In this document: positions 8,976 to 17,949 of the stretch, in pieces | Layout of the letters: each line of letters starts with the position of its first letter | Numbering within the stretch: the stretch's first letter is position 1 | IMG/VR virus record: IMGVR_UViG_2623620501_000013 | Length of the DNA: 32,923 bases | Origin: a virus | Lineage: Duplodnaviria; Heunggongvirae; Uroviricota; Caudoviricetes | Reading direction: 5' to 3' (one strand) | The notes under the pieces: model-generated | Database searches by the model: none | Seen by the model: only the letters and a program-made list of their open reading frames with translations | Told to the model about the DNA's origin: nothing | Program-made: the position numbers and the translations under genes

Positions 8976-10397
8976 TTACAAAATCATGTCGATGCGACCG
9001 GCAAACACATGCAGGCCGTTAACCACGTCGGCAGGGATCGCGCAGTCCAAGCGATTTGCATCTTTCCCGTTTCGCTGAACGCGCAGTTTTGCCTTATTCG
9101 CTTCCACATTCTCCAGAATTTCAGACTCCTCCAGCTTGAGCAGCACGTCATACAGTTCGCTTTCCACTTTTGCGATGGTTCGGGTGCTGAGTTTTTCACG
9201 CGGGAAGCGAAGGCTGATACGTTCGCGGCACGCCTTGCGGGTGTAGTCCAGCGTTCTGATGGACGTGATATCCAGTAACGAGACATCAACCACACCCTGA
9301 GCGTTCACTGTGTAGGTACTGACCGCACGCACAATCTGCACCGTATTACCCGGTCCAACCTCAACCGGTGTCAGGCCGTTATGCAGGGCGCTTTCCTGCT
9401 CGTTACGGCTTTCGCGCTGTGACATGGCGACCACATCCAGCCCGGACAGCGCCAGCGAGTTCAGCGGGCGTGCCGGGTCTTCTTCGCTCGCCATTACTGC
9501 GCCGTAGATGGCGGCCAGCACAGCAGGAAGCATCACAGAACCACGATACCAGGGGACAGACACGCGCCCGCTGTTCACACCGGCTGCCAGGGTGATCCCG
9601 TTTCCCAGACTACCTGTCCAGCCCGCACAACCAATCGCGCCACGCTGTTCCATCGCGTTCCCGGTTTTCTCCAGGTGCTGCTTCAGGGCGGCAAGGGCTG
9701 GCGTGGTACTGAACGGACAAATCAGAATGTTGTGACCGGCAGCAAAGACCGCATCAAGTGCGGGCTGAATATCCGGGTCCATTTCGCCGCTCGCCATCGG
9801 CGTGGTAGCCACTACAAGGCCGGTTGCAGTGGTGGATACCGACAGGGTGATATCATTCCCCCAGGTACCTTTGGTCCGGGCGGTCACTGTCAGTTGAGAG
9901 GTGTCAGATTTGTATTCCCCCGTGACCAGAAGCGATGGCGTCTGCGTCATTGCCGTCACCAGTGCCGGAATGATTTTCGACGGTTCATCCCCGACGTCCA
10001 CATTAATGGCGATCTGCTCGCCAGCAATCCATACCGACAGCGTACCGCTGCTGGTTGCAGTGCCGGTGACTTTAACTGCGCCTGTTGCCGCTTTTCCTGC
10101 ACCACCGTCTGCAATACCGATAACATCCAGTTGCAGATAGCTGTTGGCGTTAATGGCCGCGCGCGCCATTGCTGCGGCCAGTGAACCGGCCCCGAAATAC
10201 AAATCCGCTTCGTCTTCGGAATACACGGAAACCGCATTCAGGGGGGTGGCGGTGCCATCAGGCAGCATCGGGCCAATCACCAGAACACGCTGTTCGTTAC
10301 CCGGCAACGTGTTAACGGCCAGCCGGGTATTAAACTCAAAATGCACACCGGGCTTACGGATACTGCCCGAAATGGTGTCAAACTGAATTTCACTCAT
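8976..10397 (-). CDS. Contractile tail sheath protein (Mu L-like)
   Basis: 473 aa; size and position upstream of the tube gene; translation is consistent with the phage sheath family. Confidence 0.8.
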   Translation of the reverse strand: MSEIQFDTISGSIRKPGVHFEFNTRLAVNTLPGNEQRVLVIGPMLPDGTATPLNAVSVYSEDEADLYFGAGSLAAAMARAAINANSYLQLDVIGIADGGAGKAATGAVKVTGTATSSGTLSVWIAGEQIAINVDVGDEPSKIIPALVTAMTQTPSLLVTGEYKSDTSQLTVTARTKGTWGNDITLSVSTTATGLVVATTPMASGEMDPDIQPALDAVFAAGHNILICPFSTTPALAALKQHLEKTGNAMEQRGAIGCAGWTGSLGNGITLAAGVNSGRVSVPWYRGSVMLPAVLAAIYGAVMASEEDPARPLNSLALSGLDVVAMSQRESRNEQESALHNGLTPVEVGPGNTVQIVRAVSTYTVNAQGVVDVSLLDITSIRTLDYTRKACRERISLRFPREKLSTRTIAKVESELYDVLLKLEESEILENVEANKAKLRVQRNGKDANRLDCAIPADVVNGLHVFAGRIDMIL

Positions 10398-10623
10398 CGG
10401 AGCCCACCTGTTTCTCTTTCTTCGCCTTCGCTTTTTCTGGTCCGGTGTCCTGTTCTGCCGTTTCAGGCTCTTCAGCCACCAGAATCAGGTCACCATCCTG
10501 AACAGCGCGCCGGTAATAAGCGGTGTTTTCAACGATCACCGCTTCCGTGGTGATGTATTTCCGGGCGTTATCCTCCATCGGGAACTTCATCCCGGGAGCC
10601 GCCTTAACCTTCATTTTGTTCAT
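10390..10623 (-). CDS. Small conserved virion-region protein (Mu gp38 position)
   Basis: 77 aa, Lys/Glu-rich C-terminus, overlaps the sheath gene start by 8 nt. Confidence 0.4.
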   Translation of the reverse strand: MNKMKVKAAPGMKFPMEDNARKYITTEAVIVENTAYYRRAVQDGDLILVAEEPETAEQDTGPEKAKAKKEKQVGSDE

Positions 10624-11185
10624 GCTGTTGCTCTCTTAATTCATCCAGACCACAGATATCTGCGCCGTATTGCGTACCAATTCGCAGTAAATCCGGGTCA
10701 GGGTCTGACAGACGGCCGTGGTAACGGTTGAAAGCCATATCCGCTTCTGCACCGCGCTCCGGCCATTTGCCGTTTTCCAGCGCGTGCTCCACCCAGCGGG
10801 TATCAAACTCACAGGCAAACACGGACATTGCCCGCTCTGCCACGCCAGTGTTAAACAGCGTCCTGACCCGCCCGGGTTCGAAATAATCAATCTCCAGCCC
10901 CAAATCCTGACCGATCAGCAGGCGACGGACGGATTCAACCAGCAGGTTTGTACCGACCTCATCCCGGACGGTGCCTCCCTGTCTGGCGCTCTGTTCGCTG
11001 CGGGTGTTGTAATCACCCACCACAACCACAAAGCGTCCGGTGGCAATGTATTTCTGGCGTGACGTGGAATAGCGTTCGGTTTTCGCGATGCCGCCGAACG
11101 TCACCCAGGCTGCCGGAAGGCTGCGAACAATCCGGCCCGGGTCTTCATCCAGTTCACCGGCATAGGTGCGGACTTCCCGCACCAT
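10604..11185 (-). CDS. Mu gp37-like conserved structural-region protein
   Basis: 193 aa in the conserved slot between head and tail genes. Confidence 0.45.
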   Translation of the reverse strand: MVREVRTYAGELDEDPGRIVRSLPAAWVTFGGIAKTERYSTSRQKYIATGRFVVVVGDYNTRSEQSARQGGTVRDEVGTNLLVESVRRLLIGQDLGLEIDYFEPGRVRTLFNTGVAERAMSVFACEFDTRWVEHALENGKWPERGAEADMAFNRYHGRLSDPDPDLLRIGTQYGADICGLDELREQQHEQNEG

Positions 11186-11238
11186 TTTCCCCAGACCACA
11201 ACGCAGACGTTCAACCAGCGCCCGTTCAATTTCAGTAA

Positions 11239-11670
11239 TCAGAATGCACCTCCCCGCGTGGACTCACGCCCGAACTGACGGGAGCCGGAGCGGATACGCA
11301 CCTGTGACGATGACGGGATCACGCTGCCGGACGTATCCCGCCCGAGGTTGATTTGTCCTGCCGCGACTTTCTCCAGAAAGCGGATGGCGTCCCGGTAGCG
11401 CATCTGAATTTCTTCTGAGCTGATACGGTAATCGGTCGCCAGGTGATAACGGGCGATATCGCAGCAGTAACCCACCAGAATCCCCGGGCTGTCAGGCCAC
11501 GGGGTCCGGTAACGCCCTACCAGATAGCCATCAATCTGGGCACTGGCGCGCGCAAGCGCGGAAGCCAGTTTTTCTTCGTCGATGAATCCCGTCATGTTTT
11601 CATCCGTCAGTGTGCGCGCCTCGCGTTCACTGAACGCCCTGATGAACTGTTCCGGTGTGGCGTAAGACAT
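11239..11670 (-). CDS. Mu gp36-like protein (head-tail joining region)
   Basis: 143 aa; synteny. Confidence 0.45.
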   Translation of the reverse strand: MSYATPEQFIRAFSEREARTLTDENMTGFIDEEKLASALARASAQIDGYLVGRYRTPWPDSPGILVGYCCDIARYHLATDYRISSEEIQMRYRDAIRFLEKVAAGQINLGRDTSGSVIPSSSQVRIRSGSRQFGRESTRGGAF

Positions 11671-11673
11671 GGG

Positions 11674-12006
11674 TTACTTCTCCTTTTTGTCCGCTTTCTG
11701 CGCTGCTTTAAGCGCAGCTGTCAGTTCCCGGACCTTCCCGCGCTCTTCTTCCAGCTGCGCCGTCAGTTCGCTGACTTTCTGGCGTTCGGCATCCAGCTGT
11801 GCGGCCAGCTCATTACCCCGGGCCGCGTCGTTCTGGCCGGACGCTTTATCGCGTTCGACCACAATCAGCATGGGGTCAGCCTTCAGCACCGCCAGCTGTT
11901 CCGGGGTGAACGCATCCGCAGGCCATGCCTTCGTGGTTGCGCTGTGTGCCACACCGCAGCGGCGAAAACCCTCACGGCGGGCGGTAATTTCAATCACCTT
12001 TTCCAT
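11674..12006 (-). CDS. Mu gp35-like hypothetical protein
   Basis: 110 aa with a coiled-coil-like Ala/Glu/Lys-rich C-terminus; directly after the major capsid gene. Confidence 0.45.
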   Translation of the reverse strand: MEKVIEITARREGFRRCGVAHSATTKAWPADAFTPEQLAVLKADPMLIVVERDKASGQNDAARGNELAAQLDAERQKVSELTAQLEEERGKVRELTAALKAAQKADKKEK

Positions 12007-12009
12007 GCA

Positions 12010-12960
12010 TTACTCCGTCGTACCATCTGAACCAAATGCCATCTGCCAGAAGCCGTAACCGCCGTTACAGCGCGCTTCGGCACCAAACAGGAACTTCTTA
12101 CGCTTGAACACGTTGTCGCTGTTGTAGTCCGTCTGCTCCACAAAAACAGGCTTTTTACGCAGCTGATAAATCAGCGGTTTCACCGGTTTGGTGGTGTCAA
12201 ACAGGAACCACGCAGAATCCGACGCCAGCTCCGGCATCACCAGCACTTCGGCGGTATTGCGGTACGGGTTCGGCGTACCGTCCGGGAACTTCTCGGCGGT
12301 CATCAGGTAGTTCGCGTCATCCTCCAGCGCCGGTGGCACAACCAGCAGATTCGGGCGAATTTTAAGGGATGCGCCTTCGTCATCTTTCAGACTACGCATG
12401 GCAGTTCTGGCGGCACCGTAGGAGGCTTTCGCTTCGGCAAGCGAGCCAACTTTGAGTTTTTTGGTGCCTTTGTTGGACACCGATTTACCGGCGACCAGGT
12501 GGTCGGTATCAAAGAACGGCTGGCCGTCGTAACAGGGATTGGTAAAACCGTTACTGATAAGGGACGCCACAATATCTGCCGGGAGTTCTGCCGCCGACTG
12601 TCCGGCTCCTTTTGCCTGAAGGGCATAGCCCATAATCTGGTCGTCCTCGATGTCGTTACGATCGACTTCAACCGTGGCTTCCCAGTCCTTGTTACGGATG
12701 GTGTAGTTAAATGCCGCCAGTGATTTAACGACCTTGTCACCAATCCACTCGCGCATTTTCGGGAAACGACTTAACCAGCTGTAGTCGTTTTCCTTGCCGT
12801 TTGATGGCACTTCCATTGCCACCTTCTGCCAGTCAGTTGGTGACTGGTCGAAGGCTTTCTGGAAGGTGGCCTTCAGATTGATAAAAATCTGTTTGACGTT
12901 TTTAACGTTGACTAACACGTTTTGCTCCTTAACTGAAATGAACCCAGACGCCATCGCCAC
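12010..12960 (-). CDS. Major capsid protein (Mu T-like)
   Basis: 316 aa; position after the protease/scaffold gene; translation resembles the Mu-like major head subunit family. Confidence 0.8.
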   Translation of the reverse strand: MAMASGFISVKEQNVLVNVKNVKQIFINLKATFQKAFDQSPTDWQKVAMEVPSNGKENDYSWLSRFPKMREWIGDKVVKSLAAFNYTIRNKDWEATVEVDRNDIEDDQIMGYALQAKGAGQSAAELPADIVASLISNGFTNPCYDGQPFFDTDHLVAGKSVSNKGTKKLKVGSLAEAKASYGAARTAMRSLKDDEGASLKIRPNLLVVPPALEDDANYLMTAEKFPDGTPNPYRNTAEVLVMPELASDSAWFLFDTTKPVKPLIYQLRKKPVFVEQTDYNSDNVFKRKKFLFGAEARCNGGYGFWQMAFGSDGTTE

Positions 12961-13324
12961 AGATGCCGATCACTTTCCCTGCGACAGGACGGGCGCTGCT
13001 GTTGTCGGTTTTTGCCACGGTTACGCTGTCTTCCACGTAGCACAGCTTGCCGACCTGCGATTGTGTGACCGGGTCTGAGGTGCTGTTCACCATCAGAAAA
13101 TCTTTGCCGCAACGCACCAGAACGGTGGCGTCGCCATCACTGCCCTTGCTGTTATCCACCCAGCCATCAGACACGCCCAGCGTAATCTGTGAGGCCGTGG
13201 CACTGGCCGGAACGGCATAACCGGATGCGTTAACGGCCACCATATGACCACCAAAAATTTCGGTCGTAGCGGCAACCGGCACCGGGTTCAGTTCGCCGTC
13301 ACGATAGGGGGTATTGCGATCCAT
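12929..13324 (-). CDS. Hypothetical head-region protein (between protease/scaffold and capsid)
   Basis: 131 aa, Gly/Val-rich; 32-nt overlap with the capsid gene start. Confidence 0.45.
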   Translation of the reverse strand: MDRNTPYRDGELNPVPVAATTEIFGGHMVAVNASGYAVPASATASQITLGVSDGWVDNSKGSDGDATVLVRCGKDFLMVNSTSDPVTQSQVGKLCYVEDSVTVAKTDNSSARPVAGKVIGICGDGVWVHFS

Positions 13325-14449
13325 TTACTCATCTCCTGCGTAACGGGCGACATCCTCTGGATCGACGCCCATCATTGAACAAATGGCGATATCAACATCG
13401 ACGTCATCGCCGGTTTTAATCTGCGCCGGGGCAGGCGACGGCGTTTTGGGTGGTTTGCCGCCGGTCTGGGTCTGACTGAGCGCAACAAGTTTCGGTGCGT
13501 TATCCAGCCAGGACTTAAAGCCGTTGATATCGCGGCTGGCGTAATCTTTCGCCCAGCCTTCCTGTGCCGGAAGCAGTCGCCCGTCAGACAGCGCCGCCTG
13601 AATCAGTGCCCCGGCTTCGGCCTCACCGGACTGTTGCGCCAGTGCGGCATAACGCCCCTGAAGTTCTTCGAAGGCAGCAAGGGAAATGTGTTTTGACGGG
13701 TCATAGGCACTGGCTGACAGGCTGGCGATTTGCTCGTCTTTCTGATTCAGCAGGGCCAGCAGGCTGACGGATGCCGCCGCCGTTCCCTGACCGTTCGAAA
13801 TCATGTCAACGACCTTTTGCAGCTCGTTTTTGATATCTTCCGCCGTTGAGGTAACCGGGAGGTTAAGCATCCAGCGCAGACTGGACAGCAAATCGTTTAA
13901 CAGTTCTTCATCCACTGTTGTGGTCTCCGTTTCAGTTGACAGACTCGCCAGACGGCTGGCCGCAGCCAGCATGACCGCGTCCATACCGTCCAGCGCCGGG
14001 GTATTGGTCAGTGCGGCGTGTAACAGTTCGATGACTTCGCCGCGCCGGTTGTATCCAAATACCGGGGAAATAAATTTGTACTCACCGGCGGCAATCATGG
14101 CCGCCGCGTTCTCCGTCCACTCCACACCGATGGCATACAGGCCCGAACCTTCACGCCATTCCACCTGGCTGAACCAGCCCGCCGCCGGTGCGGGCTTGCC
14201 GTTGTTTACGGCGCGCAGCGTCTGATGTTCGTAATCAATGACAAAAGGCGTGGCGCGGGCGGCCACCTGTGCGACAAGCTGCGCGGCCAGTTCAGCAGTC
14301 AGCACCCATTTACCGCTTTCGACTTCATCGGTATGTGGGCGACCATCCACCGCGCTGAACTCGCCTGCCGGTAACAGCTGGATTTCGCTGTGGGTTGCTT
14401 TAGTAATTTCGAGGCTTAACGCCGCAATTTTCAGTTTCATACGCGGCAT
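13325..14449 (-). CDS. Head maturation protease/scaffold I-like protein
   Basis: ORF open from 14494, but the GTG there sits inside the conserved late motif; the first ATG is at 14449 (MPRMKLKIA...). The exact start is uncertain. Confidence 0.65.
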   Translation of the reverse strand: MPRMKLKIAALSLEITKATHSEIQLLPAGEFSAVDGRPHTDEVESGKWVLTAELAAQLVAQVAARATPFVIDYEHQTLRAVNNGKPAPAAGWFSQVEWREGSGLYAIGVEWTENAAAMIAAGEYKFISPVFGYNRRGEVIELLHAALTNTPALDGMDAVMLAAASRLASLSTETETTTVDEELLNDLLSSLRWMLNLPVTSTAEDIKNELQKVVDMISNGQGTAAASVSLLALLNQKDEQIASLSASAYDPSKHISLAAFEELQGRYAALAQQSGEAEAGALIQAALSDGRLLPAQEGWAKDYASRDINGFKSWLDNAPKLVALSQTQTGGKPPKTPSPAPAQIKTGDDVDVDIAICSMMGVDPEDVARYAGDE

Positions 14450-14464
14450 GATGACGGAAGGGGA

Positions 14465-14500
14465 AGCCGGGGTACTGTGGAGGGTGTTCAGCACCCTGCC
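14465..14500 (-). promoter_or_regulatory. Copy 2 of conserved late-operon motif
   Basis: GGTACTGTGGAGGGTGTTCAGCACCC on the + strand matches the copy at 22631-22656 at 27 of 30 positions; it lies just upstream of the I-like gene start. Confidence 0.45.
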
Positions 14501-14649
14501 ATAACGCGAAAGGATAAAAGGGGAAATAAAACCGTTTTTAAAACCCTTTTAAAAACGATTCTGACGGCATTTATGGGATGCGGTGCTGTTATGCCTCATC
14601 CATGAAGCGTTTATGCTGTCACAGCCGATTACAGCGCGTTTGTCGCCAT

Positions 14650-15201
14650 TCAGTCAATCACACGCGCAAAATAGCGGTTTGCGGTGTTCTCCAGCTCGTC
14701 GATGTCGTCCTGCACGAGCTGAAGGAAGGGGCGCGCTGGCATGTTGACCGTATACGCTCCGACCGTTGCGCTCTGCACAAAATTACTGTTGCGCTTTTTC
14801 ACAAAACGGCTGCTGACGCTGCCGTTTTTGTACTGTTTAAAATGCAGGTTCTGCGTCCGTGCCTGATGGCGGATCTCGCCGCCTTCGTTGTGGATACGGG
14901 CATAACGGACGTTTGTCCCGACCGTGGCCTCGTTATTGTTAACCGCAGAGCGGATACTGGCAGCCAGTCGCCCGGACTTCTGAAGGATTTGCCCGGGGCC
15001 GCGCCGTTTCGCATAGGCCGGACTCCAGCCCATCCATTTCGGGCGACCCTGTTGTTCAAAGTTAGTCTCAACCGCATCCAGCATGGAGCCTGCAAGCGCC
15101 GTCATCAGGTCGCGCCGGTCCTTCACGGAACGAATCAGTTTCCCCAGCGTGGTGTTATACGCGCTTAAATCAATCTTAATATCCAGTTTACCGCTGCTCA
15201 T
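14650..15201 (-). CDS. Virion morphogenesis protein (Mu G-like)
   Basis: 183 aa; overlaps the F-like gene stop by 4 nt; synteny. Confidence 0.7.
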   Translation of the reverse strand: MSSGKLDIKIDLSAYNTTLGKLIRSVKDRRDLMTALAGSMLDAVETNFEQQGRPKWMGWSPAYAKRRGPGQILQKSGRLAASIRSAVNNNEATVGTNVRYARIHNEGGEIRHQARTQNLHFKQYKNGSVSSRFVKKRNSNFVQSATVGAYTVNMPARPFLQLVQDDIDELENTANRYFARVID

Positions 15202-16364
15202 GATGCCTCCGGTGTGTCCTGCATAACCCAGTCTGTCAGCACGTCATCCTCCACCGTCGCCACTGACCAGCGGTCGCCCGACTGTAACGCATACCGCCAC
15301 GCGTTACCGTCCTGCGTGACATGCTCCGCCCGTTCGATGGTTTGCTGCATCAGCACATAGTCGGCGGCGGTCGGGGACGTGTCTGTTGCACTGAGGCGCT
15401 TCATGACGTCAGCCGTAAGGTTTACCGTCTGCCGTGCAGCGCCCGTGGCGGCGACCTGTTCCGGTGAACGGATGGCCAGCGGATATCGCTGGCGCGCATC
15501 CAGTTCGCTGACGTTCGCCAGTCCCCGGGCAAAATCCGGCCCGGTCAGTGTGCCGGTGACATACTGGCGGGCGCTGCGGTAATCGTATTTTTCCAGTTCC
15601 GGCTGCCATGCCACTTTGCCGGGGTTAAAACCGAAGCCCGGGTCGGCGGTATACACGGAGCCGTCCGGCATCTTCAGCCCCATTGTTCTGATGGTCTGGC
15701 CCGGCTGGCCATATTCCTGCTCAACCTCAACCAGTCGCCCCTCGCTGCTCTGTACCGTCAGGCCATATTTCTCCACATCCGACGCCGAACGCGCCCGGAT
15801 ACGGCAGCGGCAGTGATAACCGTCCGGGGGATATAAAAACGCCCAGACAGGATCATCCGCCCGGGCGGTAAAACCGTTCAGGGCGGCGTGTTTCGGGCGG
15901 GTGTGAAGGTCCATCACTGCCACGCGCTCAAAATAAGGCCGGTCAGCCACGTTCGCCATCTGCTGCTGATAACGTCCGGCGTTATATGACGACTGAATAT
16001 TGGTATCAAATATCGTGCGCAACCGGCGCGGCGTCAGTTGTCTGCCGTACAGTTCGCCGGTGTCCTCGTCCACAATCAGCCGCTTACCCAGCCAGCCTTT
16101 TTTCTCCAGCAGCGGCTCCAGTTGTGCGGCAAACTCCCGGAACGTCCCGCCGTCAGCCAGTGCCGCCGTCAGGCCATCACGGATATCCTTCAGAACATCC
16201 AGTTTCAGCACGCCCGCCACCGTGAACGCCCGGGCGTGTGCGATGTCCTTCACATCGTGCCAGCGGAAGCCGATGACGTATCCCTTGCTTTCGAAATACT
16301 TAATCGCTTCTTCCGGCTTCAGGGTGTACGCATAACCCAGGTCAACATCGTCAACAGTCGGCAT
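15198..16364 (-). CDS. Head morphogenesis protein (Mu F-like)
   Basis: 388 aa immediately after the portal gene (14-nt overlap). Confidence 0.75.
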   Translation of the reverse strand: MPTVDDVDLGYAYTLKPEEAIKYFESKGYVIGFRWHDVKDIAHARAFTVAGVLKLDVLKDIRDGLTAALADGGTFREFAAQLEPLLEKKGWLGKRLIVDEDTGELYGRQLTPRRLRTIFDTNIQSSYNAGRYQQQMANVADRPYFERVAVMDLHTRPKHAALNGFTARADDPVWAFLYPPDGYHCRCRIRARSASDVEKYGLTVQSSEGRLVEVEQEYGQPGQTIRTMGLKMPDGSVYTADPGFGFNPGKVAWQPELEKYDYRSARQYVTGTLTGPDFARGLANVSELDARQRYPLAIRSPEQVAATGAARQTVNLTADVMKRLSATDTSPTAADYVLMQQTIERAEHVTQDGNAWRYALQSGDRWSVATVEDDVLTDWVMQDTPEAS

Positions 16365-17946
16365 TCAGTCGCCCCCAGATATCCGCCACAAAGAATGCCT
16401 GCGTCAGCAACTGCCGCAACGTTTCATCCGGCAGCTCCGGCCACGCTTCCGCCAGTACGTTCATAGCCTCGTCTGCATCCCGGCCTTCCTGTATGGCCTG
16501 CACCAGTGGGGCCACCAGTTCGTTCATCCCCTGCGCGATGGCCTCTGCCGGAAGCTCTGCCCGGTCGATGGCGTTCTGTGCCGGGTCGTCCTCCCCGTTG
16601 TCCTGCTGACTGAGTGCGGCAACATTCATCCGCTCACGCAGCTGGCTGAGGCCAGCCTGCACAGGGAGAGACTGTGCCACCGGCACCAGCACCTCTTCGC
16701 CGTCTTTCGGGGTGGGGATGCCGGTTTTTTTGCGCACCCACGACGCCGGGATATCCTTCATCCCCACATTGTTGAGCAACACGCTGACGGCTTCCGCCAC
16801 GCCCTTAATGTCAGCTTCCTGCTGCACATCAAACACCAGGCGCGGAAGACGGCGTGACGGGATATCCTGCCAGCCGTTGAGACTGGCCATCATCTGTATC
16901 AGACTGCTGAACATGCCGGACAGCTGGCGTGCATCAGCGGTCAGAATGTCGTGCCGGACCTCGTTATGGACATTACCCAGTGCGTTGGTGGAGGTTTTAC
17001 CGTCGGCCTGGCTGGTCAGCGTACTGCCCAGAATCACTTTTGAGGTGGTACGCTCCGCCCATTCCACCATCGACATGAACGCCTCCGGTCCGCCGGATGC
17101 GGCTTCCTTGAACTCGATTTCGTTACCCTGCGGCAGGGCTGCCACCGCTTCATGACCCAGATTGACCAGCGCCTCAAGAATGTTATCCCGGTCTTCGTCA
17201 CTGGTGCCCTGTGCATAGTACGCAATGCGCGCTGGAAGACCGTAAATCTCCAGAAATTCCGCCATATCACGCAGCGCAAAGTTTTTAAACAGATACGGCC
17301 AGACCAGTACGCGGAACAGGCCGGATGAACCCAGGAACCCCGACCGGGCGTTGTAACGGTGAACTAGCCAGCCGAACGGCCACAATGCGGAACCGTCCTT
17401 ACCGTCTTCCCCACGGTTGCCGTCATCCAGCCGGAGTTCGTCATTGTGTTCCGGCAGAGTTATGAACCAGTTATGCGGGCGCAGCGTCACCGCATCCGGT
17501 AACCATGTTTTATCCACGAACGCCCAGCTGATTTCCTGACAGCTGAAGCCGTAACCGACACTGCTCATCCCGTTGAGGATGATGTCCTCCATGTCCGGGA
17601 TGCCGTGCAGCCATTCATCCACGGCGGCGGCCAGCTCCTTTTCTGCCTTCGAGGCATTGCGGGGCGGCTCCACCGACCAGTCCAGCGTCAGCAACGCTTT
17701 TTTGCGCTTTTCCATCTCGGCGAACAGATGGCCATCACGTTCTTCCATATCCGCAAACAGCATCGCCTGCGCCGGAAGATAACCGCGTTCGGCTGCTTCC
17801 AGAATACGCGGCAGTTTTCTGATGTTCAGACCACGGGACGGGTGATCGGGATAGATGCGCAGTCGTTCCGCCACTCTGACCGACTGCGTTGTTTTGAGTG
17901 CCTCACGTTTCAGCGGGCGTCCGTAAATATCAACAAGCTGTGCCAT
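16351..17946 (-). CDS. Portal protein (Mu gp29-like)
   Basis: 531 aa, directly downstream of large terminase (3-nt gap). Confidence 0.8.
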   Translation of the reverse strand: MAQLVDIYGRPLKREALKTTQSVRVAERLRIYPDHPSRGLNIRKLPRILEAAERGYLPAQAMLFADMEERDGHLFAEMEKRKKALLTLDWSVEPPRNASKAEKELAAAVDEWLHGIPDMEDIILNGMSSVGYGFSCQEISWAFVDKTWLPDAVTLRPHNWFITLPEHNDELRLDDGNRGEDGKDGSALWPFGWLVHRYNARSGFLGSSGLFRVLVWPYLFKNFALRDMAEFLEIYGLPARIAYYAQGTSDEDRDNILEALVNLGHEAVAALPQGNEIEFKEAASGGPEAFMSMVEWAERTTSKVILGSTLTSQADGKTSTNALGNVHNEVRHDILTADARQLSGMFSSLIQMMASLNGWQDIPSRRLPRLVFDVQQEADIKGVAEAVSVLLNNVGMKDIPASWVRKKTGIPTPKDGEEVLVPVAQSLPVQAGLSQLRERMNVAALSQQDNGEDDPAQNAIDRAELPAEAIAQGMNELVAPLVQAIQEGRDADEAMNVLAEAWPELPDETLRQLLTQAFFVADIWGRLNADC

Positions 17947-17949
17947 TAA

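Noticed and set aside
14450-14494. GTG start at 14494 for the I-like protease/scaffold gene (as in the ORF track)
   Set aside because: This GTG and the following 10 codons are encoded by the conserved late motif shared with two other intergenic sites, so the true start is more likely at 14449 or 14440.
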